From IMG/VR virus record IMGVR_UViG_3300037692_000098, positions 1 to 36,871 of that record: a DNA stretch of 36,871 bases; one strand, given 5' to 3'. This DNA is from a virus (lineage: Duplodnaviria > Caudoviricetes). The notes beneath the pieces are model-generated. The model made no database searches. It was not told the DNA's origin and saw only the letters and a list, made by a program, of their open reading frames with translations. Each line of letters begins with the position of its first letter. Position 1 is the stretch's first letter. The position numbers and the translations under genes are program-made. Below, piece by piece: positions 15,523-23,096 of the stretch.

Positions 15523-15749
15523 TGACCCAGCGCCGGCTCAATCGATTTGAACGGATGTTGGTCAAGGCGCTGCGAGCCGAGAACATCCCCTACGAGATCG
15601 TCAGCCGGACCAAGCACCGCCAGCTATTCGTCGCCGGGAACCGAATCCACACCTTTTCGCGTGGAACCCGGGCAATCGACGGGGCCAAGTGCGAGACACA
15701 AATAAGCAATATCGTTCGCCGGGCAAAGGTCGTATTCGATGAACACTGA
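15522..15749 (+). CDS. Small basic protein (possible HicA-like fold)
   Basis: TGATG overlap; RTKH..L motif only weakly suggestive. Confidence 0.6.
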   Translation: MTQRRLNRFERMLVKALRAENIPYEIVSRTKHRQLFVAGNRIHTFSRGTRAIDGAKCETQISNIVRRAKVVFDEH

Positions 15750-16386
15750 CATTCTCCCGGACGGACACACGTTCGCCGGACTCCGCCGGAATCGTTATCA
15801 GGCAATGCTCGTCGACGTGCCGTGGAAGTACCTCACGTGGTCGAAGAAGGGCCGAGGTCGAAGTGCCGACAGGCACTACCCGACCATGACCATCGACGAG
15901 ATCAAGGCGCTTCCCGTTCGCGATCTGGTGGCGAAGAACTGCGTGATGTTCTTCTGGGTGATCGACAGCCACGTCCTGCTGGCGCACGAGATCATCGAAG
16001 CGTGGGGGTTCAAGTACAAGACCGTCGGGCTCTATTGGGCGAAGACGAACAAGGACGGTTCGTTCTTCATGGGCTCAGGCTTTTGGACCCGAGCGAACCC
16101 GGAACACGCCTTCGAGTGCTACCTCGGCGAAGAAAGCGAGGTCGAGCGCTGCTTCCTGAACACCGTCGGCAAGCCAAAGCGAACGAACAAGGACGTGCGC
16201 CGGCTGATCGTCAGTCGGCGTCGAGACCATAGCCAGAAGCCAGACGAGACCCACGAGCGGATCGAGCGTCTGGTCGACGGACCATACCTCGAACTGTTCG
16301 CCCGGCGCTGGCGCGACGGCTGGTCCTGCTGGGGGGACGAACTCAACAAACCGGGACGCGATCCAGAGATGGAAACCTTGATATGA
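15739..16386 (+). CDS. MT-A70-family N6-adenine methyltransferase
   Basis: DVPW (variant of DPPW), HYPTM...I..LPV, WGF.YKT, HSQKP, YLELFAR...GW..WGDE. Confidence 0.9.
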   Translation: MNTDILPDGHTFAGLRRNRYQAMLVDVPWKYLTWSKKGRGRSADRHYPTMTIDEIKALPVRDLVAKNCVMFFWVIDSHVLLAHEIIEAWGFKYKTVGLYWAKTNKDGSFFMGSGFWTRANPEHAFECYLGEESEVERCFLNTVGKPKRTNKDVRRLIVSRRRDHSQKPDETHERIERLVDGPYLELFARRWRDGWSCWGDELNKPGRDPEMETLI

Positions 16387-16401
16387 AATGGAGTCCACCC
16401 A

Positions 16402-16764
16402 GTGAGAATCACCCTGCATGACGGCGACGTAATCGAGATGCCCTTCGAAGGCGCGGCGGCGGGCGGATATCGCGCCAAGAGCATGGAGTTCGGAGCCGAC
16501 GACCTCACGACCATGCGTCGTCTGCTGGTCGCGAACCCCGAGCACTTACTGGTGATCCTCCGGCAACTTGAGAGCCGCATGCGCCGGATCGACCAAATCT
16601 TCCCCGGCGACGGCGAGCCTTTCGATCTGGCGCAGCCCCGGAATGCGCTCGAAGTTTTAGACCGCATTCCGATAGTGGCCGCCGAAGAGTCGTTTTCCTT
16701 CGTCCGGATCGGCGACGCTATCTTCGAGGCCCAACCGTACGAACGAAAGGGGCCGAAACGATGA
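16402..16764 (+). CDS. Hypothetical protein
   Basis: GGAG RBS, GTG start. Confidence 0.7.
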   Translation: MRITLHDGDVIEMPFEGAAAGGYRAKSMEFGADDLTTMRRLLVANPEHLLVILRQLESRMRRIDQIFPGDGEPFDLAQPRNALEVLDRIPIVAAEESFSFVRIGDAIFEAQPYERKGPKR

Positions 16765-16976
16765 TCCGCCGCGTTGGCGACGGCATGGTCGAAGTCACCG
16801 GCACGGCCGCGATGTTCTGCGGGCCGTGGGTGAAGTGTCGCGTCCGGAAGGTCCAAACTTGCGTCCTCACCCGCAAGATCATTCCGCCGGGAGCCGAGGC
16901 ATACCGACCAATGACGAACACCGCCCAGCGCTCCGAACGCGTCAAGGCGGCCGAGATGGAGAGATATCTGAGATGA
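16761..16976 (+). CDS. Hypothetical protein
   Basis: ATGA overlaps. Confidence 0.65.
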   Translation: MIRRVGDGMVEVTGTAAMFCGPWVKCRVRKVQTCVLTRKIIPPGAEAYRPMTNTAQRSERVKAAEMERYLR

Positions 16977-17485
16977 CTACGGCCGTGACCGGGCATCGAC
17001 CGGACAAGCTCGGTGGGTACTCCCGCGAACTCGACAATGCTTTGTCGGCCTTCGCTATGGGCGTGCTGACCCAGCGGCGGCCGTCCAGCGTTCTTTCGGG
17101 CATGGCCTTGGGTTGGGACCAGTCTGTCGCTATCGCCGCTGTACGGCTCGGAATCCCGTTCGGAGCCATCATCCCGTTCGAGGGGCAAGAGAACCGTTGG
17201 CCGAAAGCCGCCCAAGAGACCTATCGGCGTCTCGTCAACGCCGCGAGCTTCGTTCATGTTGTCTGCGAACGTTGGCAGGTCGAAGATGGCGGCGCGTCGT
17301 GGGCGCTCCAAGAGCGGAACCGCTGGATGATCGACAACACCTTGGATGTCATCGCCCTGTGGAACGGAGACCGCTCCGGCGGGACGTACAACTGCATCCA
17401 GTACGCCAAGGAAGGCCGGCGCGAGATCGCGAACGTCTGGCTCCAATGGGAAGACTGGTGGGAGAGCGGAGCATACTTGATCTAG
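16973..17485 (+). CDS. SLOG superfamily protein (YspA/DUF1273-like)
   Basis: AVTGHRP, SGMALGWD, IPF..QE.RW, RN.WM.D, GGT.NC..YA. Confidence 0.85.
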   Translation: MTTAVTGHRPDKLGGYSRELDNALSAFAMGVLTQRRPSSVLSGMALGWDQSVAIAAVRLGIPFGAIIPFEGQENRWPKAAQETYRRLVNAASFVHVVCERWQVEDGGASWALQERNRWMIDNTLDVIALWNGDRSGGTYNCIQYAKEGRREIANVWLQWEDWWESGAYLI

Positions 17486-17745
17486 TGACTAGGATTTGGA
17501 ACAAAAACACGGAACGCTACCCGGCAGACGCGATCTACATTGGCCGGGGTTCTCCGTGGGGAAATCCATTCGTCATCGGCCGCGATGGCGACCGGGATGA
17601 TGTCTGCGACCGTTTCGAAAAGGAAGTCCTGCCGACGCTCGACATTGAACCTCTCCGTGGTCACGACCTCGTTTGTTTCTGCCACCCGAAGCGCTGCCAC
17701 GGGCGCGCTATTTTGGATAAACTCGATTGGGACTGGCTCGTTTGA
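17485..17745 (+). CDS. DUF4326-family protein
   Basis: YIGRGSPWGNPF...R......F...LRG.DL.CFC.P..CHG. Confidence 0.88.
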   Translation: MTRIWNKNTERYPADAIYIGRGSPWGNPFVIGRDGDRDDVCDRFEKEVLPTLDIEPLRGHDLVCFCHPKRCHGRAILDKLDWDWLV

Positions 17746-18210
17746 ATGGCCGACCGGAGTCGACTCGTGAAGCTTCTCGGAATGCTCGGCTCAGACTTCG
17801 AGGGCGAGCGCGCGAACGCGGCCGCCATGATCGCCAAGCTCGCCAAGGCCGAAGGCAAGACCATCGCCGATCTGGTAATGACCGGCGGCGAGACGATCAT
17901 CTACCGGGATCGCATCGTCGAGAAGACCGTCTATCGAGATCGTCCGGCCGAGAAGACCCCGGACGATCTGCGGAACTACCGGCCAGAGCACAAGCGGAAG
18001 AAGGCGAGCCGGTATGATGCCGCCGGGGCGCTCGCGGGGCTCCGGTGGGCACGAGACTTCGAGGAACACCTATCCGGGTGGGAGATGGACTTTATCGAGG
18101 ACATCCTGCGCAAAACCCAGAGTGACTACGACCTGACCTATCAACAAGTCGCGGCTGCGTGGCGCATCATCAACAAGGTCCGGAAAATCGAAGGGGAGTC
18201 CTTGGTATGA
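17746..18210 (+). CDS. Hypothetical protein
   Basis: KLLGMLGSDFEGERANA N-terminus; LS.WE..F C-terminal motif. Confidence 0.75.
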   Translation: MADRSRLVKLLGMLGSDFEGERANAAAMIAKLAKAEGKTIADLVMTGGETIIYRDRIVEKTVYRDRPAEKTPDDLRNYRPEHKRKKASRYDAAGALAGLRWARDFEEHLSGWEMDFIEDILRKTQSDYDLTYQQVAAAWRIINKVRKIEGESLV

Positions 18211-18413
18211 TCAAGCACGAGACGGTGCGCACCGACCACGACGACAACCCGGACTTCGCCAATCCACGGGCGCTCAAAGCCGCCATGGAGTACCAGTGGG
18301 AACGGCGGGGGCTCTGTTGTGCCACCGGAAAGGCCCGCTGGTTACAAACGGACGAAGACGGCCGACTCCACGGCGCGGGACACAAACTCGGAAAAGTCGG
18401 AGAATTGGAATGA
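18207..18413 (+). CDS. Hypothetical protein
   Basis: GGAG RBS, ATGA overlap. Confidence 0.65.
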   Translation: MIKHETVRTDHDDNPDFANPRALKAAMEYQWERRGLCCATGKARWLQTDEDGRLHGAGHKLGKVGELE

Positions 18414-18625
18414 CCCTGTTGAAAGACGGCCGTAACCGCCAAATCCAATGCGATTTTTGCTCGGAGACTACGGAAGTCTACGATACCGACGACTTCGACA
18501 TGATGCTCGGCGTCGCCAAGGACGAAGGTTGGGAGATCAGCATCCACGGCACGAGATGGGTGCACAAGTGTCCCGACTGCCGACACGGCGGGCTCGCCCG
18601 ACAGCGAGAGTTGCTAGGGTTCTAG
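18410..18625 (+). CDS. Small C4 zinc-finger protein
   Basis: CDFC...GW......H.CPDC; last + strand gene, stop overlaps the converging gene. Confidence 0.75.
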   Translation: MTLLKDGRNRQIQCDFCSETTEVYDTDDFDMMLGVAKDEGWEISIHGTRWVHKCPDCRHGGLARQRELLGF

Positions 18626-19044
18626 GACTTTGGCGTGTCCCGCGCATTGGACAAAGCGGTCAAGGCCGATACCTGCGTAAGCACCTGCGACATCTGGTCG
18701 TAGAGCTTATCCATCTTGTTCGACAGTTCATCGATCTGCTTGGCGCTCGTGCCGCTGTCCTTATCCGTGCTCAGCTTCAGAACGGCCAAGTCCGTGGAGA
18801 ACTGGCCGATCATCGCCGACAGTGATTGCCGGGCGCTGGTTTCCCGATCTAGCTGCGCCTGCAAAGGGGTCACGACGCTGGTCAGCCGGACATCGATCAA
18901 GCCCTTCACCTGATCGGAGAACCACCCCATGTAGAGGAAGCCCAGAACCGCGATGACGGGCAGGGACAAGGCCATGGATATGCGGGCTATGAGCAGCAAG
19001 ATGACATTCTCGGCTAGTTTGCGTGGGCGACTGGTCGGTTCCAT
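18622..19044 (-). CDS. Membrane-anchored coiled-coil protein in lysis cassette (holin/antiholin candidate)
   Basis: N-terminal TM segment, AAGGA RBS, position after spanins. Confidence 0.6.
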   Translation of the reverse strand: MEPTSRPRKLAENVILLLIARISMALSLPVIAVLGFLYMGWFSDQVKGLIDVRLTSVVTPLQAQLDRETSARQSLSAMIGQFSTDLAVLKLSTDKDSGTSAKQIDELSNKMDKLYDQMSQVLTQVSALTALSNARDTPKS

Positions 19045-19086
19045 AAAGTCGTAATCCTTCGTCGTATCTCGGTTTCTGGGATCGGT

Positions 19087-19347
19087 TCAGTCTGTCTGGT
19101 TATTGCGCCCTAGCTCGATACCTCTGGCCAACGTGGCGGCACTTTCTTCGCTCTTCGCAATCCCCTCGGCCACGCCTTCCTTTCGCGAGGATGCCCGAAT
19201 GATCTCGATCATGGAGTTCGTGTTCGTCTCCGTCTTGTCGACCTTCGATCTCGTCGAGAGGGCGACGTGAATGCTGTAAATCACGCCGAACAACGTCAGG
19301 ATCGACGGGATTGTTCCGATGACTGCGATGATGAGAGCTTCGCTCAT
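19087..19347 (-). CDS. Single-TM protein, holin candidate
   Basis: MSEALIIAVIGTIPSILTLFGVIY; ATGA overlap with o-spanin stop. Confidence 0.6.
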   Translation of the reverse strand: MSEALIIAVIGTIPSILTLFGVIYSIHVALSTRSKVDKTETNTNSMIEIIRASSRKEGVAEGIAKSEESAATLARGIELGRNNQTD

Positions 19348-19667
19348 TTCACAAGTCCCTGTGCGTATCTCTTCATGAGGTCCAGATACCACGCACGGAA
19401 AGACCAGATGACGCGCTCGTCTTGTTTGCGCGCGGCTCTTTCGACACCCGCGATCTCGTACTCGCTCATGTTTGCGTAGGCCCCCTCGTCGACCGGGGCG
19501 GTCTTCACGTAGGCTGGCGGGTCCGGAAGGTTCCGGCTCGACGCATCTTCTGTTGGCCTACCTAATGTCGAGCAAGCGCTCAAGACGATCAGGAGGGATA
19601 GGGTCGTCGCCGCCTTGCTCAGCGAGTAGAGCCCGAAGCGCTTGCAAACTCTGTTCGTTCTCAACAT
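19344..19667 (-). CDS. o-spanin (Rz1-like lipoprotein)
   Basis: Lipobox LSAC, Pro-rich segment, overlaps i-spanin in another frame. Confidence 0.75.
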   Translation of the reverse strand: MLRTNRVCKRFGLYSLSKAATTLSLLIVLSACSTLGRPTEDASSRNLPDPPAYVKTAPVDEGAYANMSEYEIAGVERAARKQDERVIWSFRAWYLDLMKRYAQGLVK

Positions 19668-19878
19668 TGGCCGCTTCCATCTCAATCGTCTGTTTTTCGG
19701 CTTGCGCTTTCGCCTCGGCGGCGATCTTCACGTCTTCCCGCATAATGGCGATCTGCGCGTTCAAAGACTCGATATCGGCCTCTCGCCAAGCCGCATTGTA
19801 CCCGGCTCGATACATCCCGAACAGGAGCCCCAGAACCGCAACGACCACAACTGCATACGGCCAGAGCCTCCAAAGCAT
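19558..19878 (-). CDS. i-spanin (Rz-like)
   Basis: N-terminal TM plus coiled coil, directly after endolysin. Confidence 0.75.
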   Translation of the reverse strand: MLWRLWPYAVVVVAVLGLLFGMYRAGYNAAWREADIESLNAQIAIMREDVKIAAEAKAQAEKQTIEMEAANVENEQSLQALRALLAEQGGDDPIPPDRLERLLDIR

Positions 19879-21074
19879 TACTGTCGCGCCCCCGACTGGA
19901 AAGCCTCGGTGCCTTTCTTCTCGCCATTCCGAGCGACCAGATAGATCGACGCAGCGATCCCAGCCGCCAGCAATAGCCAGACGTACGACGGCACGTCTGT
20001 CAACCCCTCCTGCACAGGTTTAAGCTGGGAGATAGCCCCGGAGAGGTTATCCCCCACCCCCGACAGAAGCGCCGCACCGCCGGCCGTGATGGATGAACCG
20101 AGCGCGACGATCTTGGAAATCCAATTCGACTTGACCTCCGGGACTTCGGCGCGAACTTCCTTGTCGGTCGCGAGCGCCCGAGCATCCGCGATTTCACGCG
20201 GCTTCGCGACCATCAGCGCCGCAAGAAACTCGTTGTTGATCTCTGGCACGAGCGGCAAATCGTTGTCGAGCCGGAAGGCGAGGATTGCGCCTTTCGTTTT
20301 GGTCGCCATGATGCCGTCGACCGTCCCAACTTCTTTGTACCCGAGATCGCTCAAGCGCTGCTGCGTCGAGAGAATGACGGTCTTGTCCGTGATGGCGGTC
20401 GAAGCAGGAGTCGGCCGGTACGGTGCCGGGTACGGGGCCTCGGGTTGCTCGGCAGCGTCGCGCGACCACGGCGTATCCGGAATCTTCGCCCACTTAGCGT
20501 AGTTCGCCGCGAGCTTGGTATCGTACTGGTTCTTGGCATAGCCGGGACCGTTGTAGACCCGAGCGACGACCGCCCACCGATGGGCGCGCAGATCGTCGTC
20601 AATGCCCGTAGCAACGAGGAACTGGATGGCAGCTTCGAGGCAGTTTTCCTCGTCATCCATGAACGCGCGGACCATGGTCTGCACGTCCGGATAGCCGCAT
20701 TCCTTGTAGTTCTCGCCGAGGATTTGGAAGAGACCCCACGAGCACGACAACAGCGCGGCCGTCTCGTTGATCTTGATCGCCCTCAACAGGCGCGGATAGC
20801 TGTCCTTCGGGTAGGGCTTCGTGCCCCAGCGCTTGTAGGCCAGACCGGCCTCGACGGCGGCGTCCCGCTCGGCCCCGGAGAGGTTGCGGTAGAAGACGTG
20901 CGGCTCGAACAGAATGACGGGCCGGCCCTTGCGGTCGTAACCCGTGCCGGTTGTTTCGGTATCGATGAAGGCGTGAAGCTCATCCTCGCCGACGCCGATC
21001 TCGGCACCGCGCTTCGGAAGGTCGATATCGTCGAGTTTTTTGGCCCGTCCAACGAAGCCATTCCAATCAGTCAT
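19878..21074 (-). CDS. Endolysin: DUF3380-type muramidase + peptidoglycan-binding domain + C-terminal TM helices
   Basis: ILFEPHVF, SWGLFQILGEN, ARVYNGPGY..N.YD; Q.RL..LGY..G.VDG; probable start ATG 21074. Confidence 0.88.
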   Translation of the reverse strand: MTDWNGFVGRAKKLDDIDLPKRGAEIGVGEDELHAFIDTETTGTGYDRKGRPVILFEPHVFYRNLSGAERDAAVEAGLAYKRWGTKPYPKDSYPRLLRAIKINETAALLSCSWGLFQILGENYKECGYPDVQTMVRAFMDDEENCLEAAIQFLVATGIDDDLRAHRWAVVARVYNGPGYAKNQYDTKLAANYAKWAKIPDTPWSRDAAEQPEAPYPAPYRPTPASTAITDKTVILSTQQRLSDLGYKEVGTVDGIMATKTKGAILAFRLDNDLPLVPEINNEFLAALMVAKPREIADARALATDKEVRAEVPEVKSNWISKIVALGSSITAGGAALLSGVGDNLSGAISQLKPVQEGLTDVPSYVWLLLAAGIAASIYLVARNGEKKGTEAFQSGARQ

Positions 21075-21111
21075 CGTCAGCCCCAAATTTATCGCGACTC
21101 CCGTATAGCCT

Positions 21112-21140
21112 ATTGACGGTTGCGTATCCAGCACCTATTT
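21112..21140 (+). promoter_or_regulatory. Sigma70-type promoter
   Basis: ATTGAC-N17-CTATTT upstream of gene 21184. Confidence 0.6.
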
Positions 21141-21183
21141 CCGTGTACACGAGACGCCAGAGACCACCGTTGGAGCGCGACCG

Positions 21184-21528
21184 ATGCCGAAAGCAACACA
21201 CCACTGCCGCGAGTGCGGAAACGCCATAGCCGCCGACCGGAAGCCGAATGCGAAGTTCTGTTCCGACGGGTGCAAGGCCGCATGGAACAACCGCCGCAAA
21301 AAGCGCGGCGCAGACATCTACGATCTCTGGATGGCCATGCGGTACGAGCGCGACGAAGCCAAACGACTCGGCGTGTGGAAGGAAATGTGCCGCCTCTCCG
21401 AGAAGTGGCACGAGCAAGACACTGCCGCCGGCATTGTCTCGTACGAGAGTCCGACCGTGGTCCTGCAACGCCTCAAAGACAACGGGAAGCTACGTCGGGG
21501 GCGGATATATCCCGGCAAGCGACACTGA
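21184..21528 (+). CDS. C4 zinc-finger protein, inverted within the late operon
   Basis: GGAG RBS; CRECG...KFCS..CK..WNNRR..RG. Confidence 0.8.
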   Translation: MPKATHHCRECGNAIAADRKPNAKFCSDGCKAAWNNRRKKRGADIYDLWMAMRYERDEAKRLGVWKEMCRLSEKWHEQDTAAGIVSYESPTVVLQRLKDNGKLRRGRIYPGKRH

Positions 21529-21531
21529 GGA

Positions 21532-22179
21532 TCAGCCGAACACTCTGGGGTGTGCGGCCACACCGCCCGTATCCGAGGCGATATAGAAGTAGCACCGGTT
21601 CTTGGCCGACCGGACCAACGGCGCGTACAAATTCGGCCAGCGTACCCGACTCGGTCTGAGACCCTTGGCTAGCATGGCAATCTGATCTGCGGCCAACCGA
21701 ACGCCTTTCCAATACGCCACTTCTGCGAATTCCCCGGTGTAGTTGGCCCAGAAACTATCGACGTTATCGCCCAAAGTATTTTGAACTGTGGCGCCGATGT
21801 TCCACGCGACGCTCGCGGCGGCGGTCTGTTCCAACACGCCGTCGATGAAGAGTTGGCTGGTCGAACTCAACGCCGTCTGGAAGTTGAATGCAATATGATG
21901 CCAATCGCCGTCATTCACGTCACTCGTCGAACGCAGGTTATCTGCGAAAGCGTTCGTAGAGGCGCTGTATCCAGCGACCAAGATTTTGTTCGGCCACAAC
22001 GAGTGATTCAGGATGAACCCGTAGCCGTTTCGACTCGAGGTCGACCAACAACTTATCGGCACCACGGAGGTCGTCACTTGTGTAGTCCGCATGAAAAACG
22101 CGATACAACCTTCCGTGGCGTTATTATCACCACCCCATTGAATGCGATCCGTTAGCGTAGAAAAGCTCCGAGCCATCAC
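21532..22179 (-). CDS. LamG/ConA-like lectin-domain protein (tail-associated)
   Basis: VNDGDWHHIAF...QLFIDG...G.F.EVAYW...L...QI..L. Confidence 0.75.
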   Translation of the reverse strand: MMARSFSTLTDRIQWGGDNNATEGCIAFFMRTTQVTTSVVPISCWSTSSRNGYGFILNHSLWPNKILVAGYSASTNAFADNLRSTSDVNDGDWHHIAFNFQTALSSTSQLFIDGVLEQTAAASVAWNIGATVQNTLGDNVDSFWANYTGEFAEVAYWKGVRLAADQIAMLAKGLRPSRVRWPNLYAPLVRSAKNRCYFYIASDTGGVAAHPRVFG

Positions 22180-23096
22180 TATGTCCCAACCACGCTAACT
22201 CGGAGGACTTCGGCGTCGCCGACGGCCGTATCAGTCGCCACATTTCGACGAAGACGTAACCTGAACAATTCTCCCCCGGCGAGGTTGTCCATGTTCGCCC
22301 CGTGGGCAATGTTCAACGTCATGACCATCAAAATGCCCGCCGTCGCGGGAACCGTTATCGCCGTTACCACCTGCGCGGTAGCGAAACTGTTCGCACCAAG
22401 ATCGTCCGTCAGAGCTTGCAGTCGTTCGATACTGACATCCCACCCGAGCGTACCGGCGACGGCCGAGGTCATGGCACACCAGATCGTCACGGTGATACCG
22501 CCACCGGCATAACCCGCCGGGAGAACACCCGAGAATATCGCGGTCTCCTGCGCAGTGTCGTCGAAGTCAAGAACAGGGCGTTCGTTACGCGTGTCGAACG
22601 TGGCGTAGCCGGTCAGCGGTGGTTCATTATCGAGAGCGGACCACTCGATTGTGTTGTTCGTGCCGCCTCCCTGGGTTATCCACTCGACGGCATCCTCCAA
22701 CGCGTTTACCGCCAGCACCTTGCCGGCGTTGCCCACAAAGCCGGGGAAACTGGCCGAGCCGCCGCCACCCGAGAAGACTTGCCACGCCGCACCGTCGAAT
22801 TGATACAGGTTCGACGCGTCGGTCACGTAGATCATGTCGCCTTCAATCGGGACGATGTAGACCCATGTCCCATCATCTCGGATGGCGATCTCGTCGCCGT
22901 TCGCGTCGGCCGTCGGGACGATGTAGATATCCCCGTTGGTCGGCGATCCCGGAAGACTGGTCGTCTTGCTGATGGCCTTGCCCTGAACGAGCACGGAGAG
23001 CGTACGCAGGTTGGTATCCATCCCGGTATTCCAACCATCTTCGCCGAGGGTCCAGAATGCCGAGAGGCCCAAACCCGGAAGCGTTCGAGAGGTCAT
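22179..23096 (-). CDS. DUF2793-domain tail fibre/adaptor protein
   Basis: P.SP.NGD.YIVP...IA.RDDG.W....P.EG...Y.FDG.AW. Confidence 0.75.
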   Translation of the reverse strand: MTSRTLPGLGLSAFWTLGEDGWNTGMDTNLRTLSVLVQGKAISKTTSLPGSPTNGDIYIVPTADANGDEIAIRDDGTWVYIVPIEGDMIYVTDASNLYQFDGAAWQVFSGGGGSASFPGFVGNAGKVLAVNALEDAVEWITQGGGTNNTIEWSALDNEPPLTGYATFDTRNERPVLDFDDTAQETAIFSGVLPAGYAGGGITVTIWCAMTSAVAGTLGWDVSIERLQALTDDLGANSFATAQVVTAITVPATAGILMVMTLNIAHGANMDNLAGGELFRLRLRRNVATDTAVGDAEVLRVSVVGT

